DNA from: Candidatus Nealsonbacteria bacterium DGGOD1a
GTDB lineage: Bacteria > Patescibacteriota > Minisyncoccia > Minisyncoccales > UBA5738
NCBI GenBank assembly: GCA_022530585.1
Contig: CP092821.1
Location: 753,931 to 817,930, forward strand
Direction: 5' to 3'
Length of the DNA stretch: 64,000 nucleotides
Shown: positions 16,985 through 26,242 of the stretch, in pieces
Layout: each line of letters opens with the position of its first letter
Numbering within the stretch: position 1 is the stretch's first letter
The notes under the pieces: generated by a model
The model's database searches: none
What the model saw: the letters and a program-made list of their open reading frames with translations, nothing else
Told to the model about the DNA's origin: nothing
Program-made: the position numbers and the translations under genes

Positions 16985-16994
16985 GATATTTTAA

Positions 16995-17726
16995 TCATTT
17001 TACCATTGATGGATGTTTTAAAGAAGCCCGCTTCATATAATGTTCCCTTCTTTCGCCGCTGAATTTCTCGATCGCGTAACGCAACATCATGCGCGGCATC
17101 GTCTTGTAATGCTTGTTCAAAAAATCTTCCTCGGTTTCCCGCCCGCAACGATTGCCGATTTCCCGCAACGCCCAACCAACCGCTTTGTGAATCAAATCTT
17201 CTTTATCGCCAAGCAGAAGCTCGGCAATTTCCAACGCGGCGCGGCAATCGCCATTTTTTATAAAGAAAAATGTCGCCAGTATCGCGATCCGCCGCTCCCA
17301 CAAGCTTTTTGACCTCGCCAGCTTGAAAAGAATGCTTTTGTCTTTGCCCTCCAAATATCCGCCGACGATTTGCGGCGCGGTCAAATCCACCAAATCCCAA
17401 TTATTGACATATTTCGTATTTTTCAAATACAGATCGAAAATTTTTCGTTTTGTTTTATCGTCCCCTTTTTGAAATTTCTTCACCAAAATCAAAAGCGCGG
17501 CCATACGCTCCTCATGAAATTCGCTTTCCAGCAGTTTTCGCGCTTCGTCGGGCGTAATTTCTTCCCAACATTTTTTAATCGCCGCCCGTATTTGCGGCAC
17601 CATCGCGCCCAAAAACTTGTCGCCCTCGGCATATTCTCCCGGCCCGGTCTTAAAAAACCTCTGCAACTCCCGAGCCTTTTCCTTGCTCGCTCCAATTCGC
17701 AATTCTCTTTGTATTTTTTCTATCAT
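16995..17726 (-). CDS. DNA alkylation repair protein (AlkC/AlkD-like HEAT-repeat glycosylase family)
   Basis: Start reset to MIEKIQRELR. The ELQRFFKTGPGEYAEGDKFLG and NNWDLVD motifs are typical of this family. Confidence 0.65.
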   Translation of the reverse strand: MIEKIQRELRIGASKEKARELQRFFKTGPGEYAEGDKFLGAMVPQIRAAIKKCWEEITPDEARKLLESEFHEERMAALLILVKKFQKGDDKTKRKIFDLYLKNTKYVNNWDLVDLTAPQIVGGYLEGKDKSILFKLARSKSLWERRIAILATFFFIKNGDCRAALEIAELLLGDKEDLIHKAVGWALREIGNRCGRETEEDFLNKHYKTMPRMMLRYAIEKFSGERREHYMKRASLKHPSMVK

Positions 17727-17795
17727 ATTTTCCTTTCTTTTGAATTTTAATGTTGATAAATTGCATGAGCCCATCACAATTTATCAACATTAAAA

Positions 17796-18311
17796 TTATT
17801 TTCCCCACTTACAGCCGGTTTTAGACTCAATCGCTTTTGTTTCCGCCGCGGCGATTTCGGTTTTGTATTTTTGATTTTCCGGGTAAAAGCGCGCGATTGC
17901 CAAGCCCTCGGCAACCATCTTTTGATTGATGTTTTCGCTGTCCAAAAATATATAACGCAGTTGCCGGCCATATTGGTCCGAATCTTCGCTGTCCGCTTCC
18001 AGCGATACGGTTTTCCCCAAAATCAATTCCTCCAACCGCAAGCGGCCCGCGTCATAGCACGGATATCCTTTTTCATCCGCGTCGATTCCCAGCAAACGCA
18101 CATGATCGCCGCCCGAAACCACAATTGTATCGCCGTCAAGAACCTTGGTGACAATCGCTTTTTGGACTCGCGCCGGCGCGTTTGAGACCGCATTTTCGTT
18201 TTGCGCGGGAAAAACGGCGATTTGATCGCGGCCAAACCAAGCCGCGGCCGATAAAACCAGAACAAACAGGGCGGCGATTATTGATTTATTTTGTCCGGGA
18301 GTAATTTTCAT
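17796..18311 (-). CDS. secreted or anchored thermonuclease (SNase-like)
   Basis: 171 aa. N-terminal hydrophobic anchor IIAALFVLVLSAAAWF and SNase core VLDGDTIVV...VRLLGIDADE...GRQLRYIF. Its start ATG overlaps the patatin stop (ATGA at 18311-18308). Confidence 0.75.
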   Translation of the reverse strand: MKITPGQNKSIIAALFVLVLSAAAWFGRDQIAVFPAQNENAVSNAPARVQKAIVTKVLDGDTIVVSGGDHVRLLGIDADEKGYPCYDAGRLRLEELILGKTVSLEADSEDSDQYGRQLRYIFLDSENINQKMVAEGLAIARFYPENQKYKTEIAAAETKAIESKTGCKWGK

Positions 18312-19093
18312 TTTTTTATCGCGAGCAAAAGATTTTGAATCTGTTTTGCCGCGTTTTCCCGGCCTTGGGCCGCGATCTTTTCCATTATGAAAAAATCAAA
18401 CCACTTAAACGATGCCACTGCCGGTTTGAAGCAAAAATCGCATTGCCTTTCCTCGAACCCGCTCAATTCTTTCTGGATGATATCCATCGCGCGCGCGGCG
18501 ATCTCGATGCGGTTAATCTTGCCGGCTTTTTCATCGTCGATCCGGTCAACCGCGTAAATCGACGAACCGATCACGAATTCCGCGCCCGCGGCGCGCGCTT
18601 CTCCGGCCGGCAAATTGCGCGTCGCGCCGCCATCGATATAAAATTTGCCGCCGATCTCGCGCGCGGCGAACACTCCCGGATAAGCCGACGATGCCATTAC
18701 CGCGGCCACCGGGTCGCCGGAATTAAAAACTTCCCGCTCACCCGTGGCAAGATTGGTGGCGCAACAAGAAAAAGGAATCGCCAATTGGTCGAATTTTTTG
18801 CCTTTGCACAACTCCGCCAGCGCCAGCTGGATGTATTCCAACGCGCCGTCCGCGCCTTTGGCAAACAGCAGTTTGTTTTTCTTGCCGAAATTACCGATCG
18901 CGTCATCGTAAAATCTATGCAATGTCTCCAAACCGCCGATCGCGTACGCCAATCCGATAATCGCGCCCGCGGAAGTTCCGCAAACGAAATTGATTTTTAT
19001 CCCGGATTTTTCGATTTCTTCAATCGCCCCGATATGCGCCACCCCCAGCGCCCCGCCGCCGCTCAAAGCAAGTCCGATTTTTTTATTGGTCAT
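18308..19093 (-). CDS. patatin-like phospholipase
   Basis: 261 aa. Oxyanion motif LSGGGALG, nucleophile elbow GTSAGA, and a catalytic Asp in YIDGG. Confidence 0.8.
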   Translation of the reverse strand: MTNKKIGLALSGGGALGVAHIGAIEEIEKSGIKINFVCGTSAGAIIGLAYAIGGLETLHRFYDDAIGNFGKKNKLLFAKGADGALEYIQLALAELCKGKKFDQLAIPFSCCATNLATGEREVFNSGDPVAAVMASSAYPGVFAAREIGGKFYIDGGATRNLPAGEARAAGAEFVIGSSIYAVDRIDDEKAGKINRIEIAARAMDIIQKELSGFEERQCDFCFKPAVASFKWFDFFIMEKIAAQGRENAAKQIQNLLLAIKK

Positions 19094-19116
19094 AATGATA
19101 AAGCCGCGAAATAGGT

Positions 19117-20157
19117 TTATTGCGCGCGCAAATACTCGGCGGCGGATTCGGGAGTAATGGTGGAAATTTCGATACGGGCTCCGAATTCAAAACCGGCCAT
19201 AGTGCTGGTTTTGGGCATTATAGTCCAATGGTAATGATAGAAAGAATAATCGCCGCCATCGCTGGGCGCGGTGTGCAAATAGAAATTATACGGCGGATCG
19301 CCCAACCCTTTATATATTTTTTTCATCACCGCGGAAAATATATCGGCCAGACTTTTTATCAAGGCCGGAGTGATCTTTTCAAAATAGGGCGAATGTTTTT
19401 TGGGCGCGATAATCACTTGAAAAGCCGATTTGGGCGCGAACGGGCAAGTGGCGATAAAATCTTTGTTTTCATAAACAATGCGCGCTTTGTCTTTGCGCTC
19501 CCAAGCCGTCATTTCGCAACTGATGCATTTTTTGTTCCTTTGATAATATCTTTTTGAATTGGCCAAAGCATTGCGCACATCGACATCGATCAAGGGGCTG
19601 GTAATAATCTGTGAATGCGGATGCGGCTGGGACGCGCCCGCTTCCACTCCGTGATTGTGAAAAATTGAAATGTATTTCACGAAGTCGCGCTTTTTGAGAT
19701 CCAAATAGCGCGTCCGATAAGCGGCAATCAATTCTTCCACCGCCGCGACATCCATTAGCGCGATATGTTTTTCGTGGCTGCGCGTAACCACCACTTCGCA
19801 AAAACCCGCCGCGTCCATCGAATGATAAAGCGGCCCCACGCGCTGTTTGCAAATTTTGGCGCCCTCAACCGCGCAAAACGCCGGAAATTTATTGGGAATT
19901 ACAGCCAGCGTCCAATCGGCCGGCAACAAAGCCGCGTCGACTTTTTTTCCGTTGGCCAGCGCCATAATCGGCGGCGCCTGCTTTTCCAAATTGCAAAAAA
20001 TACAATCCTGCGGCGTTATGGGCGAATGTATCCGCTCGCGTTTGAACGCCTCGGGCCGCTTGCCGCGGCCGGGCGCGATCACCACCCAGTCCCGGGAAAC
20101 TTCGTCGTAACGCAACTGCGATGGACAGCATTTATTGTTGTTTTCTGTTTGTTCCAT
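19117..20157 (-). CDS. galT: galactose-1-phosphate uridylyltransferase family (HIT-like) protein
   Basis: 346 aa. Zinc motif DCIFCN and active-site motif PHPHSQI (HxHxQ). Confidence 0.7.
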   Translation of the reverse strand: MEQTENNNKCCPSQLRYDEVSRDWVVIAPGRGKRPEAFKRERIHSPITPQDCIFCNLEKQAPPIMALANGKKVDAALLPADWTLAVIPNKFPAFCAVEGAKICKQRVGPLYHSMDAAGFCEVVVTRSHEKHIALMDVAAVEELIAAYRTRYLDLKKRDFVKYISIFHNHGVEAGASQPHPHSQIITSPLIDVDVRNALANSKRYYQRNKKCISCEMTAWERKDKARIVYENKDFIATCPFAPKSAFQVIIAPKKHSPYFEKITPALIKSLADIFSAVMKKIYKGLGDPPYNFYLHTAPSDGGDYSFYHYHWTIMPKTSTMAGFEFGARIEISTITPESAAEYLRAQ

Positions 20158-21007
20158 ATACTCCTTTGATAAGATTTAAACGAATGCGCATCAAATCCTG
20201 GAACATCTTCACCATCGAGCCGACTTTGACGGTACTGCGCGTGTCATTCTTCCACAATATGCCGACTTCCTTGATCCGCAACTTGGCCCGTCGAACAAGC
20301 GCCAGGATTTCCGGATCAAACGCAAACCGGTCGATTTTGCATTTCGGCAAAATTTCCCGCGCGGCCATGGCGGTCATTGCTTTGAAACCGCACTGCGTAT
20401 CTTTGATCGCCCAAGTGCCAACCATGATATTGGTTAATAATCCCCAACCCTCCCCCAAAAACCGCCGGATCATCGGCTGGGGCGGCTCAAGCTTCGCGCC
20501 TTTGGCATCGCGCGAACCGATTACCACATCATAACCTTCTTTGAAATATGGCAGGAGTTTTTCCACCTGTTCGATTGGCGTGGAATTATCCGAATCGGTG
20601 AATAATCTGACCTGGCCCTTGGCCGCCAACATTCCCTGCCGCACCACATAACCCTTGCCGTGGTTTGCCCGGTTATCAATCAATTTCAAATTGCCCACCT
20701 TGCCGATCAGCGCCTCCACCGCGGCCGCGGTCCCGTCTTTTGACCCGTCATTGACTACGATAATCTCGTAAGCATACGGTTGTTTTTTTAAATAATCGCC
20801 GATCGCGGTCAAAGTCCGCGGCAAACGCTGTTCTTCATTGTATGCCGGCACCACCACCGAAAGATAGACATCCCGATTGGCGGCGGATCGAAACGATCTT
20901 GGCGCTCCGCCGGCCGCCCGGCCGCGGCCGCGCGCGCCTCCCCTGCCGCTTAGATTGCCCTTGCTTCTTCCATTCACCTTATTGATTTCACCATTGTTGC
21001 TGATCAT
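20132..21007 (-). CDS. family-2 glycosyltransferase (dolichyl/polyprenyl-phosphate sugar synthase-like) with an RG-rich N-terminal tail
   Basis: 291 aa. VVVPAYNEE, VVNDGSKDGT and DSDNSTP (DxD) motifs. Overlaps the galT start by 26 nt. Confidence 0.75.
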   Translation of the reverse strand: MISNNGEINKVNGRSKGNLSGRGGARGRGRAAGGAPRSFRSAANRDVYLSVVVPAYNEEQRLPRTLTAIGDYLKKQPYAYEIIVVNDGSKDGTAAAVEALIGKVGNLKLIDNRANHGKGYVVRQGMLAAKGQVRLFTDSDNSTPIEQVEKLLPYFKEGYDVVIGSRDAKGAKLEPPQPMIRRFLGEGWGLLTNIMVGTWAIKDTQCGFKAMTAMAAREILPKCKIDRFAFDPEILALVRRAKLRIKEVGILWKNDTRSTVKVGSMVKMFQDLMRIRLNLIKGVYGTNRKQQ

Positions 21008-21120
21008 TATTTTGCGTTATTGTTCGTTATTGCTTTTCGTCCCTTTTTATAATCTACCACAAAACCCGGTTCCAAACAAAAACGGAAGCCTTGTCTCTGT
21101 TTTTTCAAAAATTATATTAC

Positions 21121-21276
21121 TTTGAATCGCGAAATAGCGAATTTTGAAATCAATTTTTTTGCGTAATCGCCAGAAATTTGATTTCAAAATTAGCGCGGTA
21201 ACCGCCGCGTTCGGTGAAAATTGACTTCCCAAAAGCTGAAGTCAAATTTCCCCAAACGCTAGTTTCGCAATTCAAA
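21121..21276. mobile_element. MITE-like element, family G variant (same TIRs, different core)
   Basis: Left TIR TTTGAATCGCGAAATAGCG and right TIR CGCTAGTTTCGCAATTCAAA. The core contains the nested inverted repeats AATTTTGAAATCAA/TTGATTTCAAAATT and AATTGACTTC/GAAGTCAAATT. Confidence 0.65.
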
Positions 21277-21294
21277 GGAAATCAATTGGCTGAA

Positions 21295-22095
21295 TTAGTT
21301 TTTAAATTCGTCTTCATTTGGCGATTCGGGTTCATCGATTTTTGTCAGAATACGGGCGCCGTCGGGAAAAATCGCGATAGTGTGTTCAAAGTGCGCCGCC
21401 CAGCCGCCGTCTTTAACGCGGTAAGTCCAGCCGTTCTTGTCGCGGTAAATATCCGGATTCCCGGCGGTCACCATCGGCTCCGGACAAAAAACCATACCGA
21501 CTTTAATCGCCGGCCCTTTGTGCCGCCGGCCGTAATTCATAACTTGAGGATCCTCGTGCAGGCTTTTGCCAATGCCGTGTCCGCACAAATCCGAAATCAC
21601 ATGAAATCCTTGGCTTTCCACATAGCGTTCAATGGTGTTGCCCACATCGCCGAAAGTATTGCCGGCGCGGGATTTTTTTATGGCGTATTTCAGCGCTTTT
21701 TTGGTAATGCGCAGCATGCGCCGTGTTTCCGGCGCGGCCTCGCCCACCGCCACCGACAGCGCGGTATCGGTGTGGAATCCTTTATAAACCATACCCACAT
21801 CGACCGTGACCAAATCTCCGTCTTTAACAATTCTTTCGGAAGGAATCCCGTGCACCACCTCGTCGTTGATGGAGACGCAGGTCGCGGCCGGAAAACCGCC
21901 GCCGCCCGAATTCTCGGGCAAACTGAAAGATGGTTTCCCGCCGCACTCGAAAATCAATTTCTCCGCCAGATTATCAATCTCTTTGGTGGCAATGCCGATT
22001 TTCACTTCATCTTTCAAGCGCGCCAAAACCGAGGCCAACAGCTTGCCTCCTTGAGCGATTATTTCCAAATCTTTGGGTGTTTTAATGTAAATCAT
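21295..22095 (-). CDS. map: methionine aminopeptidase type I
   Basis: 266 aa. Metal-ligand contexts VVHGIP, DVGMVYKGFHTD, CGHGIG and FCPEP...EHT. Last gene of the spc-type cluster. Confidence 0.85.
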   Translation of the reverse strand: MIYIKTPKDLEIIAQGGKLLASVLARLKDEVKIGIATKEIDNLAEKLIFECGGKPSFSLPENSGGGGFPAATCVSINDEVVHGIPSERIVKDGDLVTVDVGMVYKGFHTDTALSVAVGEAAPETRRMLRITKKALKYAIKKSRAGNTFGDVGNTIERYVESQGFHVISDLCGHGIGKSLHEDPQVMNYGRRHKGPAIKVGMVFCPEPMVTAGNPDIYRDKNGWTYRVKDGGWAAHFEHTIAIFPDGARILTKIDEPESPNEDEFKN

Positions 22096-22143
22096 TTTTT
22101 GACAAAACTGTCCCGCCTTGGCGGGACAGCAGATATCCTGGCA

Positions 22144-22932
22144 TTAAATTTCGTAAACTTTAAAACACGGCCCCAGCGCGTCCAAAATGTCGGAAAAAAC
22201 ATTTTCCACATATTGGTCGGCATTGATCTTTTTCAAATTAAAATTCCGGCTGCGGTAATAATCTTCAAGCGGCGCCATAGTTTGGTCATATTCTTCCAAG
22301 CGCAATTTTATGGTTTCCACATTATCCAAATCGCGATGAATCAACCGCGATCCGTCGAGCGGACAGCGCCTCAAATTGGCATTTTCCGGAATATAAAGTA
22401 TGGAATGGCGCATCAATTCGCAAATTCGGCGGTTGCTGTTGCGAAAAATCGTCTGTTCCCGCGGCAGATCAAGAAAGAAGATATGAATGTTTTCCTTGCC
22501 GTAGAGTTTTTCCAAAAAAGGAATTTCGATTTCAGCTTCCGGCAATGACCGGGGAGATCCGGATAATATGAGCGACTTGCCCAGGCTGTGTATCTCGGCC
22601 ATTCTTTTATTCATCAGGCAAGCCGTGAATTCCACCGAGCACAACACGCCTTTGCGCCTCTTCTCAAGTTCGACATCGATAGGATATCTCTTGCCCTCGA
22701 TTTCAATCGCTTCGCCGGATTTCGCGTTCTTGAATTTTTCCTCAAGCACGCGGCTGGTATCCAGATTGTAGAAATAGAATTTAGACGCCAACAATTCCGA
22801 CTGCGTGCCTTTGCCCGCGCCCGGAGGGCCGAAAAGCAATATCACTTTCTTGATATGGTTGCCGGAGAGATTGTTGGAAGATGCGTTGCCGCCTTCGGCG
22901 GACTTGGAAATTTCTTTGTTAAAAAGTTTCAT
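22144..22932 (-). CDS. adk: adenylate kinase with a ~30-aa N-terminal extension
   Basis: 262 aa. P-loop LFGPPGAGKGTQ, in the canonical secY-adk-map position. Overlaps the secY stop by 14 nt. Confidence 0.7.
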   Translation of the reverse strand: MKLFNKEISKSAEGGNASSNNLSGNHIKKVILLFGPPGAGKGTQSELLASKFYFYNLDTSRVLEEKFKNAKSGEAIEIEGKRYPIDVELEKRRKGVLCSVEFTACLMNKRMAEIHSLGKSLILSGSPRSLPEAEIEIPFLEKLYGKENIHIFFLDLPREQTIFRNSNRRICELMRHSILYIPENANLRRCPLDGSRLIHRDLDNVETIKLRLEEYDQTMAPLEDYYRSRNFNLKKINADQYVENVFSDILDALGPCFKVYEI

Positions 22933-24199
22933 ATTCGCGCATTTGAAGCTGGGCCCTGATTTGTCGCACAGTTTCCAGAATAACGCTAACCGCGATCAAA
23001 AGCGATGTGCCGCCGATCAAAAAACTGAATGAATTGATGCCCGTAAACGATCCGATCACCTGCGGCATAATCGCGATTATTCCCAAGAACACCGCGCCCA
23101 CAAGAAGCACCCGATTCAAAATATAATGCAGAAAATCGGCGGTCGGGGTTCCGGGACGAATGCCGGGAACAAACCCGCCCATCTTTTGCAAATTATTCGA
23201 TATTTGTTTAGGGTCGAATGTCACCGCGGTATAAAAATAAGTGAAGAGCACCACCAACAGGAAATAAGAAGCCATATAGAACGCGCTGTCGGCCTGGAAA
23301 AGATTGACGGTCGCCTGCGCGACACTGCCCACCCATCCGGGCGAAGAAACCAGAAAATTGGCGATCATCGACGGAAACAGCAATATCGAAAGCGCGAAGA
23401 TAATCGGAATCACGCCCGCCGGATTGATATTCAACGGCAAATAGGTTGATACCCCGCCCACCATTTTCATCCCCCGCACGCGTTTGGCGTACGACACGGG
23501 AATGTTGCGCCGCGCTTCATTGACCAATACCACCGCGGCCACCATCGCGATCGCCATCACGAAAAACGCGATGTAGCCGGGAATCATCGACGGATCATAA
23601 GCGGACGCCATTTGTTGGACATTCTTCGGAAAATCGGCCACGATGCCGGCAAAGATCAAAAGCGAAACGCCATTGCCGATCCCCTTTTCGGTTATCAATT
23701 CGCCCATCCACATCAAAAGCATCGATCCGGCCGTGATCGTCAGAAGCGCCGCGACCATTACCAAGGGCGAGGAAAACTCCACCACATTCTGGCGTTGCAG
23801 CAATATCATCATCGCGTAACCTTGCAATAATGCCAGAGGAACCGTAGCGACGCGCGCATATTGGTTAAATTTGGTCCGGCCCGCTTCGCCTTCTTCTTTA
23901 TACATCTTTTCCAGCGTCGGGAAAATCATTGTCAACAACTGCAAAATAATGATTGCCGTAATGTAAGGCCCGAGCCCGAGCATCGCGATCGAAAGCCGGT
24001 CCATTGATCCGCCCGTAAACGCGCCTAAAAGCTGGAACATTTGGAATTGGCCGAAAAATATTTTCAGCTGGTTGACATCGATTCCGGGAATCGGGATATT
24101 GCACATCATCCGGAACAGCGCGAAAGCTCCCAGCACAAAAATGATCTTGTTGCGCAAGTCCTTGATCTTAAAAGCCTGAATTACAGTTTGGTACCACAT
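22919..24199 (-). CDS. secY: preprotein translocase subunit SecY
   Basis: Start reset to MWYQTVIQAFKIKDLRNKI, because the upstream 31 codons of the track ORF read into a repeat. Ten TM helices, in the canonical position after rplO. Confidence 0.9.
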   Translation of the reverse strand: MWYQTVIQAFKIKDLRNKIIFVLGAFALFRMMCNIPIPGIDVNQLKIFFGQFQMFQLLGAFTGGSMDRLSIAMLGLGPYITAIIILQLLTMIFPTLEKMYKEEGEAGRTKFNQYARVATVPLALLQGYAMMILLQRQNVVEFSSPLVMVAALLTITAGSMLLMWMGELITEKGIGNGVSLLIFAGIVADFPKNVQQMASAYDPSMIPGYIAFFVMAIAMVAAVVLVNEARRNIPVSYAKRVRGMKMVGGVSTYLPLNINPAGVIPIIFALSILLFPSMIANFLVSSPGWVGSVAQATVNLFQADSAFYMASYFLLVVLFTYFYTAVTFDPKQISNNLQKMGGFVPGIRPGTPTADFLHYILNRVLLVGAVFLGIIAIMPQVIGSFTGINSFSFLIGGTSLLIAVSVILETVRQIRAQLQMREYETF

Positions 24200-24202
24200 C
24201 TC

Positions 24203-24338
24203 AAAATTTAAAATGCAAAAATCAAAGATCAAAATTAAGGAAAATATGTCGTTGAAATTTTCTTCAAAAATTTTAACTCCAAAATTTTTCATTTTCCCGC
24301 CAGAGGCGGATGCGCCTCAGGTGCAGATCTTTCAATTT
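24203..24338. repeat. palindromic intergenic element, family A (AT-rich arms plus the GC double hairpin CCCGCCAGAGGCGG.TGCGCCTCAGG.GCA)
   Basis: Fills the rplO-secY spacer. Siblings at 25559, 26092, 26789 (inverted), 31176 (inverted) and 31653 (inverted). Confidence 0.85.
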
Positions 24339-24773
24339 TTAATTTTTTACGCTGCCTCCCGCTTTCTCTATCTTCTCCTTCGCCGATTTGGAAACTTCGC
24401 AATCCTCGACAATCAAATTCTTGGTAATTTCTCCCGTACCCAGTATCTTTATTTCGGGATATCGACCCGAAACCCGGGGCGCCAAATTCATTTCCACCAA
24501 AGTTCTGGGATTGACTTTCTGGCCGTTTTCAAATTTTGATTCAAGCTCCTTGATATTCACAATTTCCGCCTTAACGCCAACTCTATGGTTTTTATAACCC
24601 CTCAATTTGGGATAACGCTTCAAAACATCCCTGATGATGGGACGAAAATTGCGGCCCGATCTTGCGGTCTGGCCCTTGCCGCCGTGGCCCGAATAAGTGC
24701 CGCGCTTGCCTCCGCGGCCGACGCGCTTCCGGGATTTGACGGCGATTTTAGCGGCTAATTGATGTGTCTGCAT
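24339..24773 (-). CDS. rplO: 50S ribosomal protein L15
   Basis: 144 aa; KSRKRVGRGGKRGTYSGHGGKGQTARSG. Directly follows rpsE with no L30 gene between them. Confidence 0.9.
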   Translation of the reverse strand: MQTHQLAAKIAVKSRKRVGRGGKRGTYSGHGGKGQTARSGRNFRPIIRDVLKRYPKLRGYKNHRVGVKAEIVNIKELESKFENGQKVNPRTLVEMNLAPRVSGRYPEIKILGTGEITKNLIVEDCEVSKSAKEKIEKAGGSVKN

Positions 24774-24856
24774 GATAACCTTGAATAATTTTCAATTTCC
24801 AATTTTCAATTTTCAATTAAAAATCCGGAAATCGAAATTCAGTATAAATTTAAAAA
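24774..24856. repeat. partial family D element (TTTTCAATTT arms) filling the rpsE-rplO spacer
   Basis: AATAATTTTCAATTTCCAATTTTCAATTTTCAATTAAAAATCCGGAAATCGAAATTCAG. At 83 bp the spacer is too short to hide an L30 gene. Confidence 0.6.
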
Positions 24857-25558
24857 TTATTTTTCCGGGACGACTTTTTCTTCAGCAATCGGCGTGATGA
24901 TTTCCGATTTTTTGGAAGTTTGAAGTTTCAGATATTCAAAAGCTTTTAAAGTCGCGCGCGCGTTGTTCAATTTATTTTTAGTCGTACCCAACATTTTGGA
25001 AGAAATGTCTTTTATCCCGGCCAACTGGCAAATCAAGCGCACCACGCCGCCCGCCATCAAACCGCGCCCTTTGCGCTGGGGTTTGATGATAACCTGGGCG
25101 GGACCGACTTTGGCAACCGCTTCGTGGGAAATCGTTCCCTTGACCACCGGCACGATCACCATATTCTTTTTTGACTGAATGGTCGCTTTTTCGACCGCTT
25201 GAGCCACATCCAAACCGGAAGCGACTCCCAAGCCAACTTTGCCCGCCTTATTGCCGCTGATCACAATCGCGCGAAAACGCAACCGCCGCCCTCCGGCGCG
25301 GGTATGGGAAACTCTCGACAAATCAAGCAGTTTGGAATCCATACCGTCGCGATCCTTCTCTTCGCGCTTGCCGTAACCTCCCCGCGATCTGCCGCCGCCG
25401 AAACGGCTGTCGCCTTTGGGCCGCGAAAACCGATTGTCCTGGCCGCGAAAACCGCTCCGGTCGTTCCGGGGCGCAGTTTGCGCCGCCGGCGGCGTTGCCG
25501 GAACAGCCGCAACCTGCGGCGCCGTTCCTTTTTGTATTGTTTGTTGTGTTGCTTCCAT
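24857..25558 (-). CDS. rpsE: 30S ribosomal protein S5 with a ~75-aa low-complexity RG-rich N-terminal extension
   Basis: 233 aa. The conserved S5 core starts near LLDLSRVSHTRAGGRRLRFRAIVISGN. Confidence 0.9.
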   Translation of the reverse strand: MEATQQTIQKGTAPQVAAVPATPPAAQTAPRNDRSGFRGQDNRFSRPKGDSRFGGGRSRGGYGKREEKDRDGMDSKLLDLSRVSHTRAGGRRLRFRAIVISGNKAGKVGLGVASGLDVAQAVEKATIQSKKNMVIVPVVKGTISHEAVAKVGPAQVIIKPQRKGRGLMAGGVVRLICQLAGIKDISSKMLGTTKNKLNNARATLKAFEYLKLQTSKKSEIITPIAEEKVVPEK

Positions 25559-25707
25559 GTTTCAAATTTAAAATGCAAATATCAAAGATCAAAATTAAGG
25601 AAAATATATATCGTTGAAATTTTCTTCAAAAATTTCAACTCCAAAATTTTTAACTTTCCCGCCAGAGGCGGGTGCGCCTCAGGCGCAAATCTTTCAATTT
25701 TGATTTT
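25559..25707. repeat. family A palindromic element (rplR-rpsE spacer)
   Basis: TTTAAAATGCAAATATCAAAGATCAAAATTAAGG...CCCGCCAGAGGCGGGTGCGCCTCAGGCGCAAATC... Confidence 0.85.
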
Positions 25708-26091
25708 TTAGAATTCCAATCCTCCTTTGCGCGCGCCTTCCGCCAAACTCTTCACTCGGCCGTGATAACGGTAAGCTCCCCGATCAAACACAACTTGTTT
25801 GGCTTTCAATTCCTGCGCGGCTTTGGCGATCGACTCGCCAACCGTAAACGCCAACGCGCATTTCTCGGACAACTCGCCTTTCCGACCGGCCGCTTTTACC
25901 GCCTTCAAATCGCTGCTGACCGCCAATGTCACTCCTTTTTGGTCGTCAATCAACTGGGCCAGAATGTGCTTGTTTGACCTGAATACGCACAACCGAGGTT
26001 TTGCCGCCGTACCCGAAATCCGGGCGCGAACGCGGCGATGCCGATCCGTTTTCCGCTGTATTTTATGCTTGATTTTATTTCTGATGCTCAT
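25708..26091 (-). CDS. rplR: 50S ribosomal protein L18
   Basis: Start reset to [14 protein letters not shown]. The [19 protein letters not shown] motif is present. Confidence 0.9.
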   Translation of the reverse strand: MSIRNKIKHKIQRKTDRHRRVRARISGTAAKPRLCVFRSNKHILAQLIDDQKGVTLAVSSDLKAVKAAGRKGELSEKCALAFTVGESIAKAAQELKAKQVVFDRGAYRYHGRVKSLAEGARKGGLEF

Positions 26092-26242
26092 CGTACCTAA
26101 TTTAAAATGCAAATATCAAAGATCAAAATTAAGGAAAATATATCGTTGAAATTTTCTTCAAAAATTTCAACTCCAAAATTTTTAACTTTCCCGCCAGAGG
26201 CGGATGCGCCTCGGGCGCAGATATTTCAATTTTCAATTATCT
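26092..26242. repeat. family A palindromic element (rplF-rplR spacer)
   Basis: Same consensus as 25559-25707, including CCCGCCAGAGGCGGATGCGCCTCGGGCGCAGAT. Confidence 0.85.

Noticed and set aside
18335-19114. 259-aa plus-strand ORF.
   Set aside because: It is antisense to the patatin-like gene, whose GGGxG and GxSxG motifs are clear. Its Arg-rich translation is typical of a reverse-frame artefact.
21214-22548. 444-aa plus-strand ORF, one of the longest in the track.
   Set aside because: It runs antisense across map, the map-adk spacer and adk, both of which have unambiguous motifs on the minus strand. Its translation is low-complexity (rich in F, R, N and I) with no motif. It is a shadow ORF.
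25600-25660. A sigma70-like promoter inside family A elements (TTGAAG, ~15-17 nt, TATATT on the gene-sense strand of the 25559 copy).
   Set aside because: The elements occur in both orientations relative to the genes, so the motif would point away from the downstream gene in five of eight copies. AT-rich sequence also yields such hexamers by chance.
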